A DNA stretch of 60,666 nt, filler included, from 8 parts of 8 records of this genome joined end to end with filler, not necessarily neighbours in it; one strand, 5' to 3'; shown: positions 30,046 to 39,985, counted from the first letter of the whole stretch. Translations and numbers: made by a program. The notes: generated from the letters alone by a model not told the origin.

Positions 30046-31269
30046 TCATCCTTGTTTAAAATCTGAGTTAGGGTCTGTTTTATTTGTTCTATCATTTTGG
30101 GTAAGGTAATTTTCCATAATACCTACCATGCCGCATAGTAAACCTGCGTAATAAAAGAGATAAGGGGATAGTAATGATAGAAAAAATGAAAATATGAAAA
30201 AATACTTAAATCCTTGAAGAACTCCATCTTTTATTTTAGTTATTTTCATTAAGATATAAGCATAAAAAACGAAAAAGAAAATAATTCCAAATATTCCAAA
30301 CTCATAAAATATCCCTATGACTCCGAAGTCAGATGATGAAAAACGAGTTCTAAATAGAAATTCTTTAAGCTTCCAATTCTCATTTATTTCTCCTGCTCCT
30401 AGAAAGTAATTTAACAAATTTCCTTTGTGTAAAAAATCTTCAATCACAAAAAACCTATTACCTCTAATTGAAATGGAATCAACATTAGACAGATAATTTA
30501 CTATGTCAGATAATTGAAATAATGAGAGTAAGGTGATTGGTATTGCTAAAAAAAATAATGATTTCCAATATTTTTGAAAATATCGCACTACTAGTATTAT
30601 TAAAGAAATAAGGATGAAAACAAATAAATAGAACCTTTGATCATGGAAATTTATTAAGTACCATAATGTTATTACATATATAACAATATTAATTTTGTTT
30701 TTTTCTAAGTTAGCTAAAGCATAAAATGAAACTAATGTAATTAATTGAACTGGTAGTTTTATTCTAAAACCTTTTGAATCTAATATAAAAATTTGACTGT
30801 CTTGATGCCAGTATTTAGATGGATCAATCGCATACTGAAAATAGATGTATAATGAAATTGTTATCCAAAACAACACCATCAATATATGAAGTAATTCTTT
30901 CTCTGAAACGCTTCTTTTTTTTATGTAATAGTACCCAAGAAATATCGATGCTGCGGCAAGTAACTTGCCTTCTGCAATAATCGAATAAATTAATGGTTGG
31001 TTAAAGTAATAAGTTGAACCGAGGCTTGAGCTTACTAAAATAAAGATATAACTCAAAAAAATGTAAAATATTCTTTTTTCGGATTTATTATTTTTTTTTA
31101 TTAATATAAATATTGTAATAATAGAAAGTATTAGTGGTAAAAGTAACTTTTGTAAATAGTAGAAATTTGGTAAATCTTTTATATAGAAAAAGTATTGAAA
31201 GAGAAATATAAATACTATATAGCTCTCAACTTTAAAATATGTATTTTTACTAATAGAATTAATAAACAT
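30046..31269 (-). CDS. Probable polysaccharide polymerase (Wzy-like)
   Basis: Very AT-rich multi-TM ORF, SD.G..G..YEFG..G motif, EPS context. Confidence 0.7.
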   Translation of the reverse strand: MFINSISKNTYFKVESYIVFIFLFQYFFYIKDLPNFYYLQKLLLPLILSIITIFILIKKNNKSEKRIFYIFLSYIFILVSSSLGSTYYFNQPLIYSIIAEGKLLAAASIFLGYYYIKKRSVSEKELLHILMVLFWITISLYIYFQYAIDPSKYWHQDSQIFILDSKGFRIKLPVQLITLVSFYALANLEKNKINIVIYVITLWYLINFHDQRFYLFVFILISLIILVVRYFQKYWKSLFFLAIPITLLSLFQLSDIVNYLSNVDSISIRGNRFFVIEDFLHKGNLLNYFLGAGEINENWKLKEFLFRTRFSSSDFGVIGIFYEFGIFGIIFFFVFYAYILMKITKIKDGVLQGFKYFFIFSFFLSLLSPYLFYYAGLLCGMVGIMENYLTQNDRTNKTDPNSDFKQG

Positions 31270-32662
31270 TCTTACCAATAAACCCTTTAAATATTGTAAA
31301 AAGCACTATCTTAAAATCAAACCACAGTGACCAATGGCGTATGTAATGTAGATCGTGTTTTATGCGCATTTCCATTTTGTCTACGGTGTCGGTTTCACCG
31401 CGCCAACCGTTAACTTGTGCCCAGCCGGTTATGCCTGGCTTCATTTTATGGCGCAACATGTAATAGGTAACCTGCTTGCGGTATAGCTCGTTGTGCGATA
31501 CCGCATGAGGGCGCGGGCCAACTACTGACATGTCGCCTTGTAGTACATTAAAAAATTGTGGCAGTTCGTCGAGCGAGGTGCGGCGTAAAAATGCGCCCAG
31601 GGGCGTGATGCGGGCATCGCCTTTGGTGGCTTGTATTATGTCGTCGCCGTTGTCTTGGGTGGTCATTGAGCGAAATTTATAGATTTTAATTTGTTTGCCG
31701 TCCATGCCGTAACGGTTTTGCTTAAAGATAACCGGGCCTTTGGAGGTGAGCTTAATGGCCGCGGCAATGATTAACATGGGCAGGGCAATAATGCACAGTA
31801 TAACGCTGGCTAATACGATGTCTTCAATGCGTTTCATGATTGAGTAGCCGCCTTTCATGGGGCTGTCGTATACGCTGATGGTTTGCATTTCGCCAACGTG
31901 GCCCATACGCGCATGCAGTAGGTTGTAGATAAATAAGTCGGGGATGATGTGTACGTCAACGGTGGTGTCGCCGAGTATTTTTAAGATGCTATTTATGCGC
32001 TCGTAAGAGTGCATGGGCAGGGCAATAAACAGAATTTCTATATTGCCTTCTTGGGCCATTTTTAGTGCTTCGTCTACTCCGCCTTGCAGGTATTTTTGGT
32101 ATTTTGGCTCAATGCGGTCGGGGCCTCTTTCATCAAAAATGGCGACTAATTTGTAGCCTATTTCAGGGTGTTGTTCAATTTCTTCAACTAGCTGTAGGCC
32201 TTTTTTGGTGAGGCCAAGAATGCCTATTTTACGGGTGTTGCGGCCATTACGGCGCATGGCAAACAATATTTGCCTAAATACTACGCGCCAGCCACATATG
32301 AGTAAAAATACGCTGATGATCCAGGTACCTAGTACAACCCGTGAAAAATAGTCTGTTTCTTTAATAAAAAACAAAAACAAAAAGGCTGGAAAAAGCGTGA
32401 GGGCCCAGGAAGCGGCTGCGTAAAATAACATTTCTTTGAGTGAGCTATTACGCCACGAGCGATAAAGGGCAAAGAGTTCGGCAAAAAATAAAAAGCTTAG
32501 GTTGGCCACTAGGCCCAACATAAAATATTTGGTGTCGTATTTAGAAATGTACAACAGGCTAGCGAGGGCTAGGCACATTTGTATGATCATGATATCGATA
32601 AATCGATACATGAAGGCAAACTGATTAATATTATTGCGGACGAATCCGTCGTGCTCGCTCAT
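31259..32662 (-). CDS. wcaJ: Undecaprenyl-phosphate glucose phosphotransferase
   Basis: KFRSM, RRTSLDELPQFFNVL.GDMSVVGPRPH, KPGITGWAQVNGWRGETDT. Confidence 0.95.
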   Translation of the reverse strand: MSEHDGFVRNNINQFAFMYRFIDIMIIQMCLALASLLYISKYDTKYFMLGLVANLSFLFFAELFALYRSWRNSSLKEMLFYAAASWALTLFPAFLFLFFIKETDYFSRVVLGTWIISVFLLICGWRVVFRQILFAMRRNGRNTRKIGILGLTKKGLQLVEEIEQHPEIGYKLVAIFDERGPDRIEPKYQKYLQGGVDEALKMAQEGNIEILFIALPMHSYERINSILKILGDTTVDVHIIPDLFIYNLLHARMGHVGEMQTISVYDSPMKGGYSIMKRIEDIVLASVILCIIALPMLIIAAAIKLTSKGPVIFKQNRYGMDGKQIKIYKFRSMTTQDNGDDIIQATKGDARITPLGAFLRRTSLDELPQFFNVLQGDMSVVGPRPHAVSHNELYRKQVTYYMLRHKMKPGITGWAQVNGWRGETDTVDKMEMRIKHDLHYIRHWSLWFDFKIVLFTIFKGFIGKNVY

Positions 32663-32719
32663 TTACTTCTTTCCCTAAGTCTTACTTTTTTACATTAGCG
32701 TTGTTTTATTGAATCAATT

Positions 32720-33850
32720 TTACATTGCTAGCGTATGACATTTTATGGCATTACCTATTTTAGGCAAGTATTGCATGCCGGTGTTATATGTAATTTTATA
32801 TACTTTAATATGCCCAAGTAGGGTTGACATCCATTGTAGTCGTTGGGCTTCTAAACCCAAATTTACATAGGCATTAGCTAACATACTATTTTGTAATAGT
32901 AACATGAGTGCTGCTGCCCCTTTTATTTGCTCAATTGCACATTGATAGCCTTTAGCGTTTGAACGCTCGAGTATATAAATGGCTTTTACATTTGCGCTTT
33001 TTTCACTCCAAACATTGGAGTTTATTGTATCTACTTCTAATTCTTGTTTTGCAAATTTTTCATGCACTTTTTTATTGTTTTTTATGGTTAATAATGCATT
33101 TTTAGTCTGATTTGCTAGTGCCGTGTTTTGGTTTGTTAAATCACGGGCTGTTGGTGCAGCATTGTTTGCGCTGTTATCACACTCGCCATTGTTGTTGTCA
33201 TTATTTTTATCAGTAGCTTGTTTATCATGATGTTCTTTATCAACTTTTGTGCCAATAAAGCTGTTTGCTGAATCTGGCCATAATCTGATTTTTGGCCAAC
33301 TGGGAAATACCTGATAAACATGCTTGCTGCGCTGATGTAGAGCGGCCATGTCGTCGGTCATCATTTGAAATCCGTGCTCAAGCAATGTGCTGGTTAATGT
33401 GGATTTACCGGTGCGACTTGGTGCAATAAATAAAAAAGCTTCATCATTAAAGCGCATGGCATTGGCATGAATACAGGGCACCCCTTGTAATTCGAGCCAG
33501 CAGGCTAGTGCGGTGCTTTGAATATAATGTTCAAACCCTGTGCCACCTGGCTGCCAATGCACTTGCATGTGTTGGGCATTAAATACAAAGCTGCCCGTGC
33601 CTTCACAATTTACGTTTAGCTGATAATCGTTAGCGTGTTTGTAAAGGCTGAGCTGAGTGGTGTAGCGCTCGCCTTGGTCTATTAACTGCCACAAGGGCGT
33701 GGCGTTAAGGGGTAAAGCGGGTGGCGTGCTTATTTGTGCAAAAGGTAGATGAAAACGCACCTCCCCGATGTTGTGCTGCGGGGTATTGGGTGCAAGTAAT
33801 TGCACACCATGCAGAGGCTTTAAGTACGAAAATTGTGTCATAACATCCAT
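32720..33850 (-). CDS. HprK-related P-loop kinase
   Basis: IHANA, APSRTGKSTL Walker A, MTDD, P..RLWPDS; Asn-rich internal insert; start at 33850 or 33841. Confidence 0.8.
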   Translation of the reverse strand: MDVMTQFSYLKPLHGVQLLAPNTPQHNIGEVRFHLPFAQISTPPALPLNATPLWQLIDQGERYTTQLSLYKHANDYQLNVNCEGTGSFVFNAQHMQVHWQPGGTGFEHYIQSTALACWLELQGVPCIHANAMRFNDEAFLFIAPSRTGKSTLTSTLLEHGFQMMTDDMAALHQRSKHVYQVFPSWPKIRLWPDSANSFIGTKVDKEHHDKQATDKNNDNNNGECDNSANNAAPTARDLTNQNTALANQTKNALLTIKNNKKVHEKFAKQELEVDTINSNVWSEKSANVKAIYILERSNAKGYQCAIEQIKGAAALMLLLQNSMLANAYVNLGLEAQRLQWMSTLLGHIKVYKITYNTGMQYLPKIGNAIKCHTLAM

Positions 33851-33930
33851 TTGACTAATTTCATTGATTTCAATATCAACAACGCAATAGACAGAGTGTA
33901 ACAAGGTAAGGGGAAGACAGTAAATAATTA

Positions 33931-33990
33931 AAAAGCAGAAAGAGTAGAAAGAGCAGGGTGGGGCAGAATGAGCAGGGTGGATCAGAGCAG
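33931..33990 (-). repeat. Second tract of the same decamer repeat, opposite strand
   Basis: aaaagcagaa/agagtagaaa/gagcagggtg/gggcagaatg/agcagggtgg/atcagagcag. Confidence 0.7.
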
Positions 33991-34000
33991 CTGTGGCTCT

Positions 34001-34012
34001 TGTAGGAGGTCC
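34001..34012 (+). repeat. Start of a probable GTAG REP at contig edge
   Basis: TGTAGGAG shared with the REP at 20271-20294. Confidence 0.5.
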
Positions 34013-34113
34013 NNNNNNNNNNNNNNNNNNNNNNNNNNNNNNNNNNNNNNNNNNNNTTAATTAATTAANNNNNNNNNNNNNNNNNNNNNNNNNNNNNNNN
34101 NNNNNNNNNNNNT

Positions 34114-34503
<390 letters not shown>

Positions 34504-34547
34504 TTCGTATCTTTGATACGTAATACATTCACCCTGAATAGGAGGTT

Positions 34548-34964
34548 ATGGCAATGATGACAGTACAGTTAGATGTAGTTAGCGCTGAAGACAGCATATT
34601 CTCTGGCTTAGTGCAGTCTATCCAAGTGACGGGTAGTGAAGGAGAGCTTGGTGTTAATCCAGGCCATGCTCCTTTAATAACGACTCTCAAACCTGGAATG
34701 GTGCATTTAGTTAAGCAATTTGGAGAGGAAGAAACCATCTACATTGCTGGCGGTGTATTAGAAGTTCAACCAAGTCATATCACAGTATTAGCTGATACTG
34801 CTGTAAGAGCAGAAGACTTAGATGAACAAGCCGCTTTAGATGCCAAAAAACGTGCAGAAGAGAATATTGCTAATCCAAGTGCTGATTTCAATTATGCTGA
34901 AGCAGCAATTGAGTTAGCTGAAGCTGTTGCGCAGTTAAGATTAATTCAAAAATTACGCAAGTAG
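34548..34964 (+). CDS. atpC: F0F1 ATP synthase epsilon subunit
   Basis: [33 protein letters not shown]. Confidence 0.98.
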   Translation: MAMMTVQLDVVSAEDSIFSGLVQSIQVTGSEGELGVNPGHAPLITTLKPGMVHLVKQFGEEETIYIAGGVLEVQPSHITVLADTAVRAEDLDEQAALDAKKRAEENIANPSADFNYAEAAIELAEAVAQLRLIQKLRK

Positions 34965-34980
34965 TTCAGCTCTAAACATA

Positions 34981-34996
34981 TGTTCCATGTGAAACC
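34981..34996. promoter_or_regulatory. parS-like centromere site
   Basis: TGTTCCATGTGAAACC vs consensus TGTTTCACGTGAAACA (13/16); the atp operon is usually oriC-proximal. Confidence 0.6.
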
Positions 34997-35016
34997 CGGC
35001 TTAAGCCGGGTTTTTT
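34992..35016 (+). terminator. atp operon terminator
   Basis: AAACCCGGC-TTAA-GCCGGGTTT followed by T run. Confidence 0.92.
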
Positions 35017-35344
35017 ATATTTAATGGTATAATTTTGTGTAATATTCTTGCTTGGTCAGCTCCCAATTGGGCGTTTTACCATCAACAACAGATAGCTATT
35101 TGACTTAATCGCTTTGCTAGCGGTTTGTTTATCTATTTTGGTATTAATTCGCTTTAGCATCGCAGTCGCAATAAATTAATGTAAGCGCAATAATATTGGC
35201 AGCATCGTTTCCTAACATCTACTATTACTACTGATTGATATAAAACCACTAATAAAGTCTGAATGTCACTCTCGACTAAAAAATCAATAATAGTGTCTAA
35301 GCTACAGGATTCAAATTGATCAAAGTCATAATATGGGTTCCTAG

Positions 35345-36691
35345 ATGAGCATTAGAATGCGATACCTTATCGCTTTGAGTCTAATTGCCTTATTAAGTAG
35401 CTCATCTGCGCTGCTAATGAAGCATATATTCGCATTACAATCTGAAGATGCAAAGATCATCAACATTGCTGGTATGCAGCGAATGTTGTCACAAAAAATC
35501 GCCTTATATGTTCATATCATTAAAAATCCACAAAACAACGACAAGGGTTTTGAGCTTCGCAAAGAACTAGGAACTACTATTAGTACCTTTGCAGCTAATC
35601 ATCGTTTTCTGATAGGACGCAGCAACAATTCTAATAAGATAAGGCGAGCCTATTTTGCTGAAGATAACAATCTTTCTAAAAAAGTTGAACAGTATATTCA
35701 AGTATCTAGTGCTTTTGTCACCTCTGATGACACGGCCCATCTAACTGAATTTTCCCTTAAAGAAGTTCAAGCACTATTACTCAAATTAAATGATGTAGTT
35801 TCACAATTTGAAAAAGAAGCGAATGGAAGAGTCAATCGTGTTGCTACCATAGAGACGGGTTTATGGGTAACTACCCTCGTTGTGTTGATACTTGAAGCGC
35901 TATTTATTTTTTACCCAATGGAAAAAAATATTAGGTTAAGCCTTAAAAAAATTGAATCTGAAAAAAATAAAGCCCTACAATTACAGCAGCAAGCTGATGA
36001 GGCTAATCAAGCAAAAAGTGTGTTTTTATCCAATATGAGCCATGAACTAAGAACGCCTATGAATGGAATTATTGGCATGCTCGAGCTCATTACTTTACGT
36101 CCGGATATGAGCGCAGAATTTTTAGAAAAAGCCAAATATTCTGCACACAAAATGATGAGTCTTTTAAACAACATTCTTGATCTTGTTAGCGATAGATTAA
36201 ATACTAAATTGAATAAATCTCGCTTTAATGTAATTGAAAGCCTCAATGGATCTTTGCAAGCTATACGAGGGGCTTGTAAAAATAAAGGTTTGAACTTTTA
36301 TACAGACTTTCAATTGGACCCTAGTTTATGTCTCGAAACTGATAAAGAAAAGTTCGATAAAATAATTCAACACCTTGCGGTCAATGCGGTTAAATTTACT
36401 GACAAAGGTAGCATAAAGGTAAGCGCTAAGACGGCTGAAATTGAGGGTTCTGCTTTTATAAACATAATATTTCAAGATTCTGGGATTGGTATAGACACAG
36501 AACACTTACAGCAAATATTTGAACAATTTACCCAAGTTGATCAATCAAGTACGCGGGAATATAGTGGTTTAGGCATTGGTTTGAGTATATGCCATAAGTT
36601 AGTTCATCTTTTATCGGGTACAATACAGGTTAAAAGCGAACTAGGTGTGGGTAGTGAGTTTTCACTACATTTGCCCGTTGAAATTACATAA
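35345..36691 (+). CDS. Sensor histidine kinase with NarX/PilJ-type periplasmic domain
   Basis: [14 protein letters not shown]-box-like motif, [11 protein letters not shown]-box, NAVKFT, DSGIGI, GLGIGL; no receiver domain. Confidence 0.9.
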   Translation: MSIRMRYLIALSLIALLSSSSALLMKHIFALQSEDAKIINIAGMQRMLSQKIALYVHIIKNPQNNDKGFELRKELGTTISTFAANHRFLIGRSNNSNKIRRAYFAEDNNLSKKVEQYIQVSSAFVTSDDTAHLTEFSLKEVQALLLKLNDVVSQFEKEANGRVNRVATIETGLWVTTLVVLILEALFIFYPMEKNIRLSLKKIESEKNKALQLQQQADEANQAKSVFLSNMSHELRTPMNGIIGMLELITLRPDMSAEFLEKAKYSAHKMMSLLNNILDLVSDRLNTKLNKSRFNVIESLNGSLQAIRGACKNKGLNFYTDFQLDPSLCLETDKEKFDKIIQHLAVNAVKFTDKGSIKVSAKTAEIEGSAFINIIFQDSGIGIDTEHLQQIFEQFTQVDQSSTREYSGLGIGLSICHKLVHLLSGTIQVKSELGVGSEFSLHLPVEIT

Positions 36692-36810
36692 CGATATGAT
36701 AGTTTGCATACATAATATCCACTCTATCGTGGCTAATCAACATTTCACTTTGGTCGTGTTGTGTAAAGTGCTAATTGGTGAAAATAAGCTAAAAATAAAG
36801 GACTATTCTT

Positions 36811-37164
36811 TTGCAATATATAATTAAGTACGTTGAAAACTTTAAATTTTTATTGTGTCTATTCTTTGTGCCACAGCTACTAATTAGTTGCAGTCAACTA
36901 GACGAAAAAACCGACTCTAAAGTAGAGTATTGGAATCAACAAGTGGACGCTATGCTTTTGAATGGACCTAAAAAATCCCATGTTTTTGAGTGGGTTTTTG
37001 CTCTAGACCGGAATGCTATTTATTCAGGAGATAGTTTGATTGCTAACTTAGAAAGAGTAGATAAAAATAATAACGAACCATATTGTATCGTTCTAGAAAT
37101 TGAGTTTGATGAAAAAGAAGAAAAAGCTAAATCACATGAGATTGAATATAAAAAGTGTATTTAA
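36811..37164 (+). CDS. Hypothetical lipoprotein
   Basis: Hydrophobic N-terminus with LISC lipobox. Confidence 0.55.
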   Translation: MQYIIKYVENFKFLLCLFFVPQLLISCSQLDEKTDSKVEYWNQQVDAMLLNGPKKSHVFEWVFALDRNAIYSGDSLIANLERVDKNNNEPYCIVLEIEFDEKEEKAKSHEIEYKKCI

Positions 37165-37526
37165 ATCATGAGGAGCCACTAACCTTATCAGTTAATAAAC
37201 CACAGCGTATTTGGCAAACAGTGCAGTTAATTCCAATGGGTAAAGTGGCCACATATGGTCAAATTGCGGATCTTGCAGGTTTACCAAGACGGGCAAGATT
37301 AGTTGGACAATATTTAAAAACCGCGCCAAGTAGTATAAAGTTACCGTGGCATCGGGTGCTGCGCTCCAATGGTCAGCTTGCGTTTCCCTCAGGTTCGGAG
37401 CAAGCAAATACTCAAACAGGCTTACTCCAGCAAGAGGGTGTAGTGGTGTTTAACCGCAGGGTTAAGCTAGCAGTATTTCAATGGCAACCCGATCTATCCG
37501 AGATGCTTTGTCACTTAATTTATTAA
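37155..37526 (+). CDS. Alkyltransferase-like DNA base-flipping protein (Atl/YbaZ, MGMT family)
   Basis: IP.GKVATYGQIADLAG, PWHRV (Trp in place of the catalytic Cys). Confidence 0.9.
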   Translation: MYLNHEEPLTLSVNKPQRIWQTVQLIPMGKVATYGQIADLAGLPRRARLVGQYLKTAPSSIKLPWHRVLRSNGQLAFPSGSEQANTQTGLLQQEGVVVFNRRVKLAVFQWQPDLSEMLCHLIY

Positions 37527-37556
37527 CGACTGCATGTTGAAACCCAAATTTAAATT

Positions 37557-37742
37557 TTAGCCATTTGCTAATTGTTTCAAAATGGCGCTGACTTGATCAG
37601 TCGTTACAGCAGACGGACAAACCCCCTCACTGACTAATGTCACTCGAATACCTTCTGGATCATCATTAGAAAATTTAGCACTGTTCTTTTGTATGTAGCG
37701 ACATAGCTTATTTTGCATATTTCGTGTTAAACAAGACATCAT
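37557..37742 (-). CDS. Small hypothetical protein
   Basis: 61-aa ORF with AAGGTG SD-like sequence, fills an intergenic gap. Confidence 0.5.
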   Translation of the reverse strand: MMSCLTRNMQNKLCRYIQKNSAKFSNDDPEGIRVTLVSEGVCPSAVTTDQVSAILKQLANG

Positions 37743-37979
37743 TTCACCTTTACCCTAAGTGGAAACTTCAAAACACATACAGATATAAATTAACTATACC
37801 GATATTTATAATAGAAAAAGCATATTTTATTCCATCATAAAAAAGTTTTATAAAACAGCTATATATAATATCTATGATTTTCCACTACCAATTATTTGTA
37901 AATTAACCTGACAATAATTAATATCTGTCGATACTTTATCGGCAGGTATTTAAAAAGTATGGTTATGAACATGTAGGAT

Positions 37980-38036
37980 TAATACCAATTAGTAGTGATA
38001 ATGACCCATTCAGAATGCATCCAGCGATTTTTGCAC
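37980..38036 (+). mobile_element. End of a dispersed MITE-like repeat (copy 2)
   Basis: First 26 nt identical to 14173-14198; runs into contig break. Confidence 0.75.
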
Positions 38037-38325
38037 NNNNNNNNNNNNNNNNNNNNNNNNNNNNNNNNNNNNNNNNNNNNTTAATTAATTAANNNNNNNN
38101 NNNNNNNNNNNNNNNNNNNNNNNNNNNNNNNNNNNNCAGTTTTCAACGGCCCTGACCCCGCAGTTCCGCGTTCAGCGGGGCCTATGGGTTTCTGACCCCA
38201 CAGGTCCTCATACCACCAAAGAACTCGAAGATGTGGTAGGAAAGTTCAAAGTATAAACTTGGTTACGTGACTCAGGCCGTGGTGATGCAGCGATTCATCA
38301 TTTAACTTTCGTCTTTTTGATGAAT

Positions 38326-38730
38326 TTACCTCGCAAATTTTTGCATTGCCTCTGACGTTACAGGTGTGAAGAAATTAATAACATTACCATCAGGGTCACA
38401 AAATAACAGTGAGCGGTTCCCCCATGGCATAGTCGTTGGCTTCTGTATGATGATTTCTTTCAAAAAATCAGCCATATCTGCGTAACTTTTGTCAACATCT
38501 GCCACTTGGAATTCGATAATAGCTGAACGGTTTTGAGCCGCTGTTAGTGTTTCATTACCGCCAAAAAATGCTAATGTTCTTGTGCTACCAATCGCTAAAG
38601 TTGCTGTTGCAAATTTCAATTCAGCAAAGTCTTTGGTATAAAATGTCGCTTTAATTCCGATAACCTTTTCATAAAATTCAGCTAGTTTTTGCACATCGTC
38701 GGTAATAAACCGGATTGAGATTAAATTCAT
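38326..38730 (-). CDS. VOC/glyoxalase family protein
   Basis: FYEKV.G, IIEFQVADVD, PTTMPWGNRSLLFCDPDGN. Confidence 0.92.
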   Translation of the reverse strand: MNLISIRFITDDVQKLAEFYEKVIGIKATFYTKDFAELKFATATLAIGSTRTLAFFGGNETLTAAQNRSAIIEFQVADVDKSYADMADFLKEIIIQKPTTMPWGNRSLLFCDPDGNVINFFTPVTSEAMQKFAR

Positions 38731-38781
38731 AGTACTCCCCTTAAGTTTTAGCTTTTTATGCGAAATCTCTTATCGGCGATG

Positions 38782-38813
38782 AATATATATGAAGCCTAGG
38801 ACAAGGGTATGTC
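38782..38813 (-). promoter_or_regulatory. Putative WYL-activator-dependent promoter of the VOC gene
   Basis: GACA-N6-TGTC inverted repeat, then TGTCCT-N10-TATATT on the minus strand. Confidence 0.55.
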
Positions 38814-39527
38814 AGGGGTAGCAAAGTTTTTTTCTTTACTTGCTAGATAACTTGTAAGATTAAGAGCGTGCGGTGCAAAACTGAGCTGGAGTAATTTAAT
38901 TGTTAGGATTCTATCGAGTCTGAACATCCTGAAATCTTTTCTTAATCGGCAGTAAGCGATCAGCAACCAGTTTTTTTCAAGGCTGTAATATAAGGCAAAC
39001 GGTTCAACGCGTCTCAGGGTTTCTTCATCACCGTTCTGCGAGCGATAAACTATTTCTAAAACATGAAAAGAAATAAGAGCACTCTGGATTACCATGAGAG
39101 ATTCACTTGGATTCGAAGTCCGGATCATTGGACTCATGACAATACGATTAGATAACAGCTCTGCTTTATTTTTTGCTGAACATTGTAAAACCGCTTTTAC
39201 TTTGTTTATAGCTGATACGAACTCTCTACTTAATGAAGAGTCCTGACTCTTTAACATCAATTGTTCCACAGTGATCAAGGCATTTGCCTCATGCTCAGTA
39301 AACATGACCGGAGGCACTGTGTATCCCTCAACTAAGGAATAACCCCTTCCCTCTTCGGTGAAAATCGGAATTCCTGATTGTTCCAAGGATTTAATATCAC
39401 GGTAAATTGTTCTGACACTTACGTTAAATTTCTCTGCAAGGTTTGTCGCTGTGAGAATCCGTTTTGTCTGTAACAGCGTGACAATAGCCGTCAACCTTGA
39501 AAGGCGAGCCATATTGTTACCATTCAT
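38796..39527 (-). CDS. YafY-like HTH-WYL transcriptional regulator
   Basis: LAEKFNVSVRTIYRDI, R.VEP, WLLIAYCRLRKDFRMFRLDRI. Confidence 0.93.
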   Translation of the reverse strand: MNGNNMARLSRLTAIVTLLQTKRILTATNLAEKFNVSVRTIYRDIKSLEQSGIPIFTEEGRGYSLVEGYTVPPVMFTEHEANALITVEQLMLKSQDSSLSREFVSAINKVKAVLQCSAKNKAELLSNRIVMSPMIRTSNPSESLMVIQSALISFHVLEIVYRSQNGDEETLRRVEPFALYYSLEKNWLLIAYCRLRKDFRMFRLDRILTIKLLQLSFAPHALNLTSYLASKEKNFATPDIPLS

Positions 39528-39985
39528 ATTTCTGACATTTTAATCGTGACACATTAAGAAAGTTAAAATTTGTATTATGATAATTGATGGGTAAGTTACA
39601 CACCATACTTAACTATATTTAGATTTATTACACCCGATTAATACAGCGTTTAAACAATTTAAAAATGACAACCGTTTTTATACTTGAAAACGGGAAGGTA
39701 ACTTCTGGTTCAATATATATTTGACCAAAAAAATGTTCAAGAAGGCTCCATTTAGTACTTAGGTCCCGCAGAGAGCATATTGAGTAGGCCTAAACTTGAG
39801 CGAAATCAACAGCTCGGTAAAAAAGTGGCCCAGCGAATTTGCGAGCGACACAAGTCCTGTTATGTATATCTGGGTCAGAGCGGATGAAATGTAAAATTTT
39901 AACAACACAAAGTCTTATTCCAATAATTACTTAAGTAATCTAATATTGAGGTTAACTAGTAGTTTATAGGGATGGGTTGTGATTA

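Noticed and set aside
21529-33850. Complete lasso peptide gene cluster
   Set aside because: No cyclase, peptidase, RRE or precursor visible; only the accessory kinase and nucleotidyltransferase
38796-39527. WYL protein as a phage-defence regulator (BrxR/CapW type)
   Set aside because: YafY-type architecture paired with a VOC gene; no defence genes adjacent
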